Origin: an uncultured virus (IMG/VR IMGVR_UViG_3300014208_000040)
Taxonomy: Duplodnaviria; Heunggongvirae; Uroviricota; Caudoviricetes
IMG/VR virus record: IMGVR_UViG_3300014208_000040
Direction: 5' to 3' (one strand)
Length of the DNA stretch: 64,000 nt
Under the pieces are notes generated by a model. The model saw only the letters and a program-made list of their open reading frames with translations. It ran no database searches and was not told where the DNA came from. Both the position numbers and the translations under genes were made by a program. Positions 53,986 through 64,000 of the stretch are shown piece by piece (position 1 is the stretch's first letter; each line of letters begins with the position of its first letter).

Positions 53986-54360
53986 ATGAAAACAAGACAA
54001 GGTTTTGTATCCAACAGTAGCAGCAGTTCCTTTGTGATTCTCGTGGAAGAGTCCACGCACGAAAAGGTTATGGAAAAACTCACGGAATACCAACGAGCAT
54101 GTATGGAAAAACTCGCGGGTAAACCCCAAAACATTTTCGGTCGCAATGTAATTGTGATTGGAGAAGCGACGGACATGGGCGGCAATTCAAGTTTGATTGA
54201 AGAAGGATGGCAGCCAGAGGGTTGGGAAGAGAAGATTGAAAAATTGGCGGCGACAGGTGAGGATGAAGATTACTATCCATCCGAAGCCCTTTACGCCTAT
54301 ACTAACGCCGTGGAAAAACAACCGAAGTCGGCGTGGTTCAAGTGGGATGCTGACATGTGA
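53986..54360 (+). CDS. SNSSS-leader protein 6
   Basis: MKTRQGFVSNSSSSSFVI. Confidence 0.85.
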   Translation: MKTRQGFVSNSSSSSFVILVEESTHEKVMEKLTEYQRACMEKLAGKPQNIFGRNVIVIGEATDMGGNSSLIEEGWQPEGWEEKIEKLAATGEDEDYYPSEALYAYTNAVEKQPKSAWFKWDADM

Positions 54361-54424
54361 ACGTGGTGTTTCAATGTTCCGGAGAAACGTGGTGTTTCAA
54401 TGTTCCGGAGAAACGTGGTGTTTC
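54360..54424 (+). repeat. 26-bp tandem repeat, 2.5 copies
   Basis: AACGTGGTGTTTCAATGTTCCGGAGA twice plus AACGTGGTGTTTC. Confidence 0.9.
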
Positions 54425-54544
54425 GGAATTCCGAGGGAACACACGTTTGAAGGACTTGATGCCCTTCCATATCTTGACTTGAAATACGGTGAAAAATGAC
54501 ACGATTTACTATGTCATTGAATTTTTGAAAGAAGTCAAAAAACT

Positions 54545-54877
54545 ATGAAAACAAGAAACGGATTCGTATCTAACAGCAGCAGTTCATCGTTTGTCGTTGT
54601 CATTCCGACTGACATCGCTGAAACGGTTCTTCAAACACTCACGCCTTATGAACAGGCCGTCGCTAAACACGTTCGGCTTAGTGACAAGAAGTTCATGGGC
54701 GGCAAGGTTGCCATCTTCCAAGGGTCAACCGGAAACAATGATGTTTGGGAATATGGATTTGACTTTGAGGGTGACAAGTCTGACGAAGACAACACCTATG
54801 ACGCATGGCAAACCTTCTTAACCAAGGTCAAAGAAACCGGCGAAGACCATTTTCTAATCAGTGAAACCGACAGTTAA
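54545..54877 (+). CDS. SNSSS-leader protein 7
   Basis: MKTRNGFVSNSSSSSFVV; body resembles protein 6. Confidence 0.85.
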   Translation: MKTRNGFVSNSSSSSFVVVIPTDIAETVLQTLTPYEQAVAKHVRLSDKKFMGGKVAIFQGSTGNNDVWEYGFDFEGDKSDEDNTYDAWQTFLTKVKETGEDHFLISETDS

Positions 54878-54886
54878 ACAAAACCT

Positions 54887-55213
54887 ATGAAAATCAGAAG
54901 TGGATTCGTCTCAAACAGTTCCAGTAGTTCTTTCGTTATTCTTGGAACACGAATGAAACGAGAAGTTCTAAAGAAAAAGGGTTGGTTTCGGGATACCGAC
55001 GGAAATTCGGGAAAAAACAAACCCAAAGATATTCAGGTCTATTATGGTTCAACTGATGCTGGATACATTGTGGGGATTCCGCTCTGTGACAGTAAAGAGT
55101 GGGGATTGAACAACTCCGAAGTTACCTTTGAAAAACTTGAACAAATTCGTCAAGATTTACTCACTTTGGGATTGCCAAACGTCAGACTTTTAATGGGAAC
55201 TAGGTCAACGTAA
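54887..55213 (+). CDS. SNSSS-leader protein 8
   Basis: MKIRSGFVSNSSSSSFVI. Confidence 0.85.
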   Translation: MKIRSGFVSNSSSSSFVILGTRMKREVLKKKGWFRDTDGNSGKNKPKDIQVYYGSTDAGYIVGIPLCDSKEWGLNNSEVTFEKLEQIRQDLLTLGLPNVRLLMGTRST

Positions 55214-55256
55214 AAAAGGTCTTGACTTTTTATATCGTTATGGTAAGATGTTTGGC

Positions 55257-55670
55257 ATGAAGATTAAATTGTGTCCAAAATGTGGTTCTTCCAATCTTGG
55301 TGAAAGGTGGTCCAACGGACGCAAACTTGTCCAATACTGCCACAGTGATGAGGATTGTTATTGGGTTGGTGAACCATACACTCCCTCGAAACGTCGCATC
55401 ACCAACACCACTGACTTGAGGATTGACAACTTCTCGGGCTGGCACTACATCGTTTATGATCGTTTTGGACATATCCAAACGGATTCTGCTACCTATCACA
55501 CCAAGGCAGAAGCAGTGAAAGAGATGGAAGAGGACTTGACGCCAAGGGCAGGTTACAACGACCCCGCCGCTCCTTACACTGCGGTCTTGTTCAACGTCCC
55601 CTCTCGTGTCACCATCAAGGGTAAGATGTTCAAGTTCAAGGATGGTGAGGTAGTTGTAAAAAGGGCTTGA
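55257..55670 (+). CDS. Zn-ribbon hypothetical protein
   Basis: CPKCGS...YC...CYW; own promoter. Confidence 0.6.
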   Translation: MKIKLCPKCGSSNLGERWSNGRKLVQYCHSDEDCYWVGEPYTPSKRRITNTTDLRIDNFSGWHYIVYDRFGHIQTDSATYHTKAEAVKEMEEDLTPRAGYNDPAAPYTAVLFNVPSRVTIKGKMFKFKDGEVVVKRA

Positions 55671-55692
55671 CTTTTTATAGTGACGTGATAAG

Positions 55693-56199
55693 ATGTCTAA
55701 CATAATGAATAAAGGTATTGTATCTGAATCCAAGGATGGCCGCTTCAAAATTTTTAGGAGCAAGTCATATAACTATAACTTTGACAAACATTCAGGAGAA
55801 TTTGCCCGTTGGGGAGAAACTACTGACGAAGACCCGTTATTCAGTCCATTCGGCCCCGAAATCATGGATATTGAGATTTCCGAGGGTGAATCCTGCCCGA
55901 TGACGTGTGCGTTTTGTTCACCAAAAGGAACATTGATAAACACACCTAATGGGAAAGTGGAAATTGAGAATTTGGCTGCCAAAAATTTGGTAATTGGATT
56001 CGATACCCAAAACAACACTCCCAAAATTCAAGAAATTGAAGAAATCTATTTCAAACAATATATCGGAGAATTGATTTGTATTGAACTTGATAACGGACGA
56101 ATTCTTAAACTTACTCCTGAACACGAAATTTTCACAAGAAACCGTGGCTGGATTATGTCTAAAGAATTGTTGGAAACTGATGAAATTGTTGAATTTTGA
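55693..56199 (+). CDS. Radical SAM enzyme N-extein plus split intein N-half
   Basis: PEIMDIEIS..CPMTCAF, then intein from Cys at 55915 (CSPKGTLINT) with block B LKLTPEHEIFT; start may be ATG 55705. Confidence 0.88.
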   Translation: MSNIMNKGIVSESKDGRFKIFRSKSYNYNFDKHSGEFARWGETTDEDPLFSPFGPEIMDIEISEGESCPMTCAFCSPKGTLINTPNGKVEIENLAAKNLVIGFDTQNNTPKIQEIEEIYFKQYIGELICIELDNGRILKLTPEHEIFTRNRGWIMSKELLETDEIVEF

Positions 56200-56247
56200 A
56201 TTTTCTAAAACCTAAATATACAGGTGATTGGACAACTATCACCTTAT

Positions 56248-57033
56248 ATGAAAATTGTAAAAACATTATGTCGTAGATGCGGTAATCAAACAGGAACTCT
56301 TGAAAAAGAAAATTCAAAAAAAGATTCAATAATAGATAAAAATCGGTATTGTAACGATTGTGTTGAAAAATATAGGCAACACCGAGACGACAGAATGAAA
56401 AATCATAATCCTGTTAAACAACAATCCACTAGAGATAAAATATCCAACACACTAAAACGAAAATATAAAACCGGAGAAATATCTTCTCCTTTTTTAGACG
56501 CAATCAAACTTAAAGAAATACATTCAAAAAGAAAAGGATTATCCAACGAAGGGTCTGCTATTATAAGCAGACGAATGAAAACAAAAAATCCAATGTTTGA
56601 TGCGAAGATTCGTAAACGTGTTTCCGTCACAATTAACGAACGTATTAAAAGTGGGAAATTAGTTTACAAAAAAGGACATTTCCACCATCTTTACAAAGGA
56701 ACACGAACATTTTCCAACGATTGCCGTAAGTGGTTAAAAGTATGGATAAAGTCTATACTGAAAAGAGATAAATTTTCTTGTACGGTTTGTGGTAGAATCG
56801 GAGGATATTTACACACCCATCATATCAGACCACTGAGAGATATTATAAAAACTGTGTTGACAATTGAAGGTGTTGTTGATATAGTAAGTGTCAAGTTGAA
56901 CGATATAAGTAGATACGAACAACTCATTCAAAAAATAGTAGATGCTCATAAAATGGAAGATGGAATTACGGTTTGTAAACAGTGTCACGCAAATATAGAC
57001 GATAGATACCGAAGAATTAAAAAGACAACATGA
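56248..57033 (+). CDS. Free-standing HNH homing endonuclease between the intein halves
   Basis: ILKRDKFSCTVCG...LHTHHIRP...GITVCKQCH; NPM/NPV repeats. Confidence 0.85.
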   Translation: MKIVKTLCRRCGNQTGTLEKENSKKDSIIDKNRYCNDCVEKYRQHRDDRMKNHNPVKQQSTRDKISNTLKRKYKTGEISSPFLDAIKLKEIHSKRKGLSNEGSAIISRRMKTKNPMFDAKIRKRVSVTINERIKSGKLVYKKGHFHHLYKGTRTFSNDCRKWLKVWIKSILKRDKFSCTVCGRIGGYLHTHHIRPLRDIIKTVLTIEGVVDIVSVKLNDISRYEQLIQKIVDAHKMEDGITVCKQCHANIDDRYRRIKKTT

Positions 57034-58079
57034 AAAAAATCAAAAAAATCAGTAGAGAACAGTTTAACGGAAACGTTTACAATTTTCATTGTTTGCCTAG
57101 TGAAAATTATTTTTCGGAAAACGTTTTGGTTCATAATTGTTACAAGGGCAACCGTAAAGGTGACGCTACCAAATCTCTCCACATGTCACTTGATACGTTC
57201 AGGGGATTGTTTGCCAAATTTCCAAAAACCGTTACCCAAATTGCTTTCGGTATTACATCCATTGGTGCTCACCCTGAATTGTTTGGTATTTTCCAACACT
57301 GCCGGGATAACGGCGTCATTCCAAACGTCACCATTAATGGGGCAGACAACTTGACGGATGAACAGATTCAGAAGTTGATTACTGTCTGTGGGGCCATGGC
57401 CATTTCCATCAACAAACAAAATTTCGAGTCGGGCTTGAATCTGATTAACAAGTTGACAAGCCGTGGTGGTCAACAAATCAACATTCATTACGTCATCAGT
57501 AAACAGAGCATCACGTTCGCCTATACATTGGCCGAAGCCATCAAGAACGACTCTCGGTTAACTAAAATGAATGCCATTGTGTTCCTCGGCCTCAAACCCA
57601 AGGAACGTGGTCAAGTGTTTGATGTGTTGGAAATTGACGAATACATCAAATTGGTGAACTATTGTCTTGAAAACAACATTCGTTTCGGATTTGATTCGTG
57701 TTCTGCTCCTCGTTTTGATAAGGCAGTATCACTAACAAACATCGAAGAAGCCAAGAAACGTCTTCTCCTTCAATGTTCGGAACGTTGTGAGTCGGGATTG
57801 TTCTCCGCGTATCTTGATTGTTCTGGCAAATACTGGCATTGTTCTTTCGGTGAGAATCTTGAAGTTGCTTATGGCATTGACGTTACCAAAGTGGAAAACT
57901 TCGCCCGCGACGTGTGGTGTAGTGAACCGATGAACAAATGGCGTAAAACTTTGTTGGGCCTCAATCGTGAATGTCCATTGTATTCTAAAATTCATGTAGA
58001 ACCGCGTGAACCATTTGCTCATGAAGTCGAAAAGGAACAACGTGAATTGGCGGCTGCTAAGGAAAAACTGACCACATGA
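57030..58079 (+). CDS. Split intein C-half plus radical SAM C-extein (SPASM/twitch-like tail)
   Basis: 36-aa IntC (VYNF...NYFSENVLVHN), then CYK at 57138; QIAFG, PNVTING, GFDSC, CESGLFSAY..SGKYWHCSF, ECPLY. Confidence 0.9.
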   Translation: MKKIKKISREQFNGNVYNFHCLPSENYFSENVLVHNCYKGNRKGDATKSLHMSLDTFRGLFAKFPKTVTQIAFGITSIGAHPELFGIFQHCRDNGVIPNVTINGADNLTDEQIQKLITVCGAMAISINKQNFESGLNLINKLTSRGGQQINIHYVISKQSITFAYTLAEAIKNDSRLTKMNAIVFLGLKPKERGQVFDVLEIDEYIKLVNYCLENNIRFGFDSCSAPRFDKAVSLTNIEEAKKRLLLQCSERCESGLFSAYLDCSGKYWHCSFGENLEVAYGIDVTKVENFARDVWCSEPMNKWRKTLLGLNRECPLYSKIHVEPREPFAHEVEKEQRELAAAKEKLTT

Positions 58080-58519
58080 AAATACATATTATGTCTGACT
58101 CAGCTTATCCTGTTTATGGATTTTGGGAAGCGACCGAACATGACAGACATTCAGTAGAATTGACCGATGAAGACGTGATATGGTGTAAACGTGTCGAATC
58201 GGAATACAACAAAATGCAAGAATTTCTGGGGAAGAAACACGACGAACAATGGAGAAATTCAAGATGAATAAATCATTTATAAAAGTCCATATTGTTAAAG
58301 GCGAATCCTATCCAACTTATGGGGTTTCACAAGATTGTGAACATGAAAAATGGATGGTTGAATTGACCGATCAGGAAATTTCTTGGTGTCGGTATATTGA
58401 AAACGAATATCATCAACTTCAAGATTTTCTTTCAAGAAAATACGACGAACAATGGATATCCACAAATGAAAACGAACAACGTGAATTGGCGGCTGCCAAG
58501 GAGAAATTGATCGCATGAA
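58035..58519 (+). repeat. About 46-bp imperfect direct repeat (58035-58080 and 58474-58519) bracketing two paralogous small ORFs
   Basis: GAACAACGTGAATTGGCGGCTGC.AAGGA.AAA.TGA.C.CATGAA; ORFs 58076-58267 and 58264-58518 share YPxYG..VELTD..I.WC..E.EY..Q.FL. Confidence 0.8.
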
Positions 58520-59307
58520 CCTCGTCGCCATTGAACAAATAACAATTGACGAACAGGAAGAATTGAATAGGTTAAACAAGCTCGAAGAAGAACGAGTATT
58601 GACCGATGTTGAAGCCTATCGTCAACTCTTTCTATCCATGAAACAGTTCTGGAACTGTGAGTGTTAAATTTATGAAAAAGAAGTGAGGTTGTAAATCAGT
58701 ATTCGGAAGAATCCCAAATGCTGTTATCCTCATGTGAACACCACAAGAGAACACAGAATATGGAAATAATGACCAAGACGATGAAGATAATGTCGGCAAC
58801 GTTATTAACTTTCCGCCCCACATTTTGAAATAGGTTTTTCATTTACGACAACTTCCTCAACCAGCACCGGCTTCTGAATCGGCCTTGGAAGATTCATCCA
58901 AGCAATGACCTGAAATGTAGTTCCTCCATCAGTCAACCCCTGAAATATCCAAGCCGAGTTTTTTTCACAGTCATTGATATAGGTAGCAATAACTACCAAC
59001 TCTCCATCCGTAACCAAACAACGGGTAGCGTTACCGGGTGGTGTTTCCATGCTCGACCAATAACTTTTGAATTCGTATTCTTCCATAATTCTTATCTAAT
59101 TCTCTCGTATATTTATATCCGAAACAATGTAACCTTCTTTTACAAACATTTCCGCTTCCAAATAATCCACAATGTCTTGCGTCCATATACACGGGTTTTT
59201 ACAAGCACGAACATGATTAATATGTACTATTGTTTCATCAATAACCACAACATTATGTTTCTTGATATTTATAGAAATCGAGTTATTAGGTAGTAGATTT
59301 TCTTTGG

Positions 59308-60030
59308 TCATACTTTAGTTGGGGGTATGATTGGAGTTGACTGCCATTCGGGCCGTTTCAATGGTGAGTCAACAAAAGGAATGACTTCGGTCTTGACCAC
59401 AAATCTCTTGGTGGACTTGTCATAGACCAAGCGAGCTTTCTTTTCCGCATTACCTACCAACGCATAATCATTCTGCTCTTCAAACTTGCTCTGTGACCAT
59501 TCAGCGTAGTCACCATCCAACTTCCGTAAAATGAAATGGAGAGAATCGTCGTTGACATTTGCTTCTTGTAGAAATTCAATGATGTTTTGGGGAATGTGTT
59601 TACGGGTCAAATTCCGCTGAAACACTTCATGTAAATTTGGATAATTCAAAGATTCTTCGGCTTCTTCAACCGTATATCCTTTTGCCAACAGAATGGCGAA
59701 CGCAATCGAAGGAGAACGATTGGCTCCTGCATGACAATGAATCAATACGGGCTTATCGCCTTTGAAATAATGGTCGGCGACTCGTAACGTTCCGAAAAAT
59801 GGGGAGTGACCCCACTGACCAATTTCATTAATGGGAAACCAAAATGACGGAACGCGGAGTTGATAATCAAAGGTCGCACAAGGACTGTCAGCCACGTTGA
59901 TGACCGCACAATAATACGATGCCGCCACGTCAGGCCGAACACTGAGAATTTTATCAAGTCCCTTAGGCGTTTTTGAAACATGAAAAATTTTAGGCTTCAT
60001 TCTTCCATTCCTCTCCTTTACCAAAATCAA
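59308..60030 (-). CDS. Dual-specificity / tyrosine phosphatase-like protein
   Basis: VLIHCHAGANRS (HCx5R). Confidence 0.85.
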   Translation of the reverse strand: MILVKERNGRMKPKIFHVSKTPKGLDKILSVRPDVAASYYCAVINVADSPCATFDYQLRVPSFWFPINEIGQWGHSPFFGTLRVADHYFKGDKPVLIHCHAGANRSPSIAFAILLAKGYTVEEAEESLNYPNLHEVFQRNLTRKHIPQNIIEFLQEANVNDDSLHFILRKLDGDYAEWSQSKFEEQNDYALVGNAEKKARLVYDKSTKRFVVKTEVIPFVDSPLKRPEWQSTPIIPPTKV

Positions 60031-60587
60031 AAACTTCGGCTAACCCACGACGTTCAAATCTTATTTTAGTGTGAATATATTCTAGTTTGGGCCAGAGTTG
60101 TTGGCGGGCATGTTCGGTGCGACATGCCTCGTATTTCTTTATCAGGGTTGTGGCTTGTTTGGCATACCACTCAGCGGAGTGGATCAACATATCAGCAGTT
60201 TCTTCGTCATTCATATTTCTGACGCTCGCTTTCTTAACGCAGCCATTTGAATATCGTCTTGGCTTGACATTTTTTGTTCCAACTCCACTTTCTTGATAAT
60301 CACATGTAAGGATGCCAAGTCGGTTTCCACATCCTCAACCATTCTGGATTTTTCATCCATTTGTTTCATAAGACGTTCGGCCTCACAATTCAAAAACTTC
60401 GCAGTCTGTAAATCCAATTCCGATTTAAGAAGTAACTTCAAAGCTTCGGACTTGATGCAAGCCATTTCCGCAAGTTTTTCTTTATCTGTCATGACAATAC
60501 TATATCACAGATGATCGTCATTATCAACTTATTATATCGGTTGAAAATATCCCTTGACTTCTTAATAAGATATGATAGGATATTGTT

Positions 60588-63500
60588 ATGCTAAAGAAAC
60601 AGAAAACCGTTTTCTCCGACAAAGGAATTGAACATTCCGTTCAGTTGTCAGAACAACCCACTATTACAAACGGAGGGATAACGATTCTTCTTGACAAGGT
60701 GGTTGATACCATTGTTGAAGATTTTGAAAAGGATTCTGATAACTGGCAAATTGAATTTGAAAAATTATCTCCGGAATTCACGTATTACAATTATGTCACA
60801 ACTGAAAGACGTTACACCGTTTCTCGTTTCCAATACAATGCAGATGACAAAATCCATGTTCTTGTCATGAACGATAACATATTGACGTTGGCTCAACAAG
60901 ACCGTATTCGTAAGGCCATAATCAATTGGCAACGCAAGTGTGATGAAACCCGGAAGGATTACAGAACAAATCAAGCGGTCGAGAGTTTGAAAACTATATT
61001 TCCTAACTCAGTCGTTCCAAATTATGGCCAGCAAAGATAATCCATGAAATGTGGAAAGAAACGGTTGGATAAAATAAAAGCCATGTTGGTAGTGGCCGAA
61101 GCGTTGAACTCGCCCCCATTCCCACCGTATGGAAAAACGATATTACTTCTGTCAACCGTGTAACGCTTACCACGTCACCAAAACCGATAAACTACCATGA
61201 AAAACTTCTTCCAATGGAAACGGGTCGTGGTAGTTCTTAACGGAATAGAATCAGAACCGATTTATGATGTACCTGCCGACGACTCACTAACCACGTTACA
61301 AGCCGGCGAAAAAATTGAAGCCTTCTTCAAGTCGTTGGATGAAGTCAAACAACTCATAATTACTTCTATTGATTGTAATTTGAATGACGTTCACGGTGGC
61401 TACGATGTTACCATTACGACTCAAGAATACGACCCGGGACTTACCTTCATTCCCAACGATCCTTCCTCACCTATCAATAATCTTGATAAAGATATTGAAA
61501 CAATTATTTATAGTTGTGATTGTGCCGAATTCAAACGGCGTAATGGAATTGACTTTGATTCTCAAGACGCCTACGAACAAGGCTGGAAAAATTGCCCGTG
61601 TTGTAACAAACCATTTAAGACGAGAAAAAGTAAGTCAATATCTTACAATAAACCGTCATTACTCACACCGGAAAAAATTAAACAAATGAAATCATTATTC
61701 CCCAACGTAAATTACTGTACGTTAGATGATGTAAAAAATGCTCCTTGACTTTCTATATTCGTGTGGTATCTTCTCCCCATGACGAACTGGAAACTATTTT
61801 GGAAGAACCTCAAGGCACTGGCTCATGCCCTTGCTACAGAGGAATCCATTTGTATTACTCCTTCGGTTATTCCCAAACGCAACATCACCAAACGGGAAGT
61901 CAAAGACCTTATTGCCAAGGCCACCAAAAAGGTCCGAGTCAACAAGAAAGAAAATAACGAGAAGCCTGAAATCCAATGGCCCAAAGGGGAATTGACTTTT
62001 AAGGAACTCTGTCAGGCCAATGTCAATTTCTCCAAGGAAGAACTCCATAAAGCCATTGGTAAAAAGATGGAACAATCAAGAAAGGTATTAACATGAAACG
62101 TGAAACATTTACATATAAATATCGTTCGGTAATGGGCACCGATGTCAGCGTTACGCACGAAGTTGAATTCGGCAAAACTCACGATGTTGCGATTGCCCAA
62201 CTCAAGGAAAGTTTTCGTCAATCCTGTACTCCGCTTGTGGAACTTGACGGTCATAAAATTGATATCAGTAATTTTCTTATCAATGAAATTCACCGCCTTG
62301 AAGTTGATTGTAACCGGCTTAGAAGCATGATTACAGCCTTACAACGAGAAATCCTCCAACGACAGCCAAAAGTGATTATTTGTGATGAATGTGGTTTGAA
62401 TGTTGATGACTCCGGATGTTGCCAGAACGACCAAGATTTATGGAAATAGAACTTGACTTTTTATACAATCAAGAATAGAATACCAACATGAAAGATTTTC
62501 CAATTGATGACCCCGATTCACGCTGTAAGAAAGTCAAGTTCATCGTCTTTGATGCTGACCGTTTTGAAATTTGGCGTGAATGGCACCAACGACTCACCTT
62601 TAAGGATGATAGCTCTGGTTTCTGTTTTCAATATGCTCAGTTCGGTAAAAAGAAACCTTGTTGGGCCACCCTTTGGTTTTCTGATGTTGAAGGTGTCTAT
62701 ACTGCTTTTGTCGAAACAGACGGGGCTTATGTGGATTGCCACGCCCTTGAAAAGGCGGTATGGAAACTGACGGGATTGAAACCGACCCCTGATAATCAGA
62801 CCAATCAAACCAATTTCCATAACCATATCGCGTGGCAAACGATGGAACGAAACCTACGGCACGAACGATTGGTCAAATGTGCTGAATATCGAATTAAAGA
62901 AGCCACGAATGACTTGACTCGTTACTGTTCTAATAATCGTTGAAATTTCACTTGACTTTTTATACCTTCGTGGTAGAATGTGTTGAATATGAAACATAAA
63001 CTCAAAGTTGGTGAATTGGTTTTCCTAAAAAATGTGGGCTACCCATATAATCGAACCGATGATGGTGGGGAATCTTGGGAAGGGGCTTCTTGTATCGTCA
63101 CGGAACTCAATAGTGGGTATGATAAAGACATGGTTACGGTTGAACCTCTCATTCCTATTAAAATTAGACCGCGTGAAACCATGACGAGTTGCCTTTTTCA
63201 TTCAGAATCCGTCGTCAAGGAAAACCGGCCGTGGTTGAAAAAGAATTTGACAACGTTGTTCAAATATAAGAAAGAATTACTCAAACTCGCCGAAATCATC
63301 ACCCAAACAATATGAATATCACTCACGGAACAATTATTTCTGGCGAAATTTTCGGCGGAAATCTAAAACGGTTTACGATTGAAACTCTTCAAAAAGATAC
63401 CAACATTATTCTTGGCGAATCGGTTTGTGTGGTTACGTTAACCTCCGATGATTTATTCCAACTTAAAAGTCTGCGGCTTTACCTCAAGAAAGATTTGTTC

Positions 63501-63991
63501 GCAGAACATGAAAGCAAGGCATTCATTCATTCTCTTAATTCCATTCTCGGAACTCCAACCGAAGACCTATGAAAAAACTCTGTATCAACTGTAAATGGAA
63601 AAACGGCATCTGGTGTGATGCTCCACGAAACCTTGTAACCAATCCCGTAGATGGAACAACGACCCACCATTGGATTGCCAGTTGTATGGGTCAACGCACC
63701 GGCGTCTATACATCATGGCTAGGGTGCCGATGGAATGGCCTTTGTGGTAAAGAAGGTCGTTGGTTCACCCCCAAATTGGCCGAATTACTGAAAAGATAAA
63801 ATATGAACGTTGCCTATTACAAAAATAAACTTCAAGACTTGAAGGCTACGGCTGAAATTAACCGGCTCAAATCTGAAATTGCCAAACTTGAAGGCGATCC
63901 ACTACATCCCAAATCCGAAGGTTGGGAATGGGATGGTGACTTGGGCATCTGGGAACAACCAAACCCACCCGTTGAACATACCGATATATGA
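60588..63991 (+). other. Run of small hypothetical early-type ORFs, several with their own sigma70-like promoter
   Basis: Promoters TTGACT at 60554, 61745 and 62453 directly precede ATGs at 60588, 61779 and 62488. Confidence 0.55.
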
Positions 63992-64000
63992 ACACAAGCA

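Noticed and set aside
54360..54424. Possible mini CRISPR array
   Set aside because: The copies are directly adjacent with no unique spacers, and no cas genes are in the window
51420..55213. SNSSS repeats as a DNA-level repeat, CRISPR or DGR system
   Set aside because: Copies differ heavily at synonymous sites, so conservation is at the protein level; no reverse transcriptase or TR/VR pair was seen
56200..57029. Group I intron joining the intein halves
   Set aside because: Fewer than 50 nt of non-coding sequence flank the HNH ORF, too little for a ribozyme core, and IntC has its own coupled ATG
1..64000. Genome-wide UGA or UAG recoding, suggested by the release-factor UGA
   Set aside because: Conserved genes are full length in code 11 and many end in TGA with ATGA coupling; no suppressor tRNA was found

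Overview
A 64 kb gene-dense, AT-rich segment that looks like the accessory/early region of a large (jumbo-type) dsDNA bacteriophage; no virion or replisome genes are present. It uses standard code 11. Bases 1-12.1 kb are read on the minus strand, 12.2-64 kb mainly on the plus strand, with a short minus block at 58.8-60.5 kb. Contents: (1) translation/tRNA functions: Pth2-like, Thg1, a release-factor homolog with an in-frame UGA, and 5 tRNA genes including Ile-UAU with a long variable arm; (2) nucleotide and repair genes: ThyX, an EndoVII-dCMP deaminase fusion, UvsE; (3) an NAD+/ADP-ribose block (NadM-Nudix, PncA, PncB, macrodomain, WGR-PARP) interleaved with a vWA-PP2C-kinase (TerY-P-like) triad; (4) an envelope-protein cluster and a frameshifted cytochrome c; (5) an apparently intact IS200/IS605 element (tnpA+tnpB) and about 8 homing-endonuclease-type genes. 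The most striking locus is 51.4-58.1 kb. Eight small, otherwise dissimilar proteins all begin MK(T/I)RxGFVSNSSS(S/A)SF. They are followed by a radical SAM/SPASM-like enzyme that is split in two by a naturally split intein sitting inside its CxxxCxxC motif, with a free-standing HNH gene between the halves. Many sigma70-like promoters place the ATG at the predicted +1, implying leaderless mRNAs. All family assignments come from motif recognition by eye; no database searches were run.
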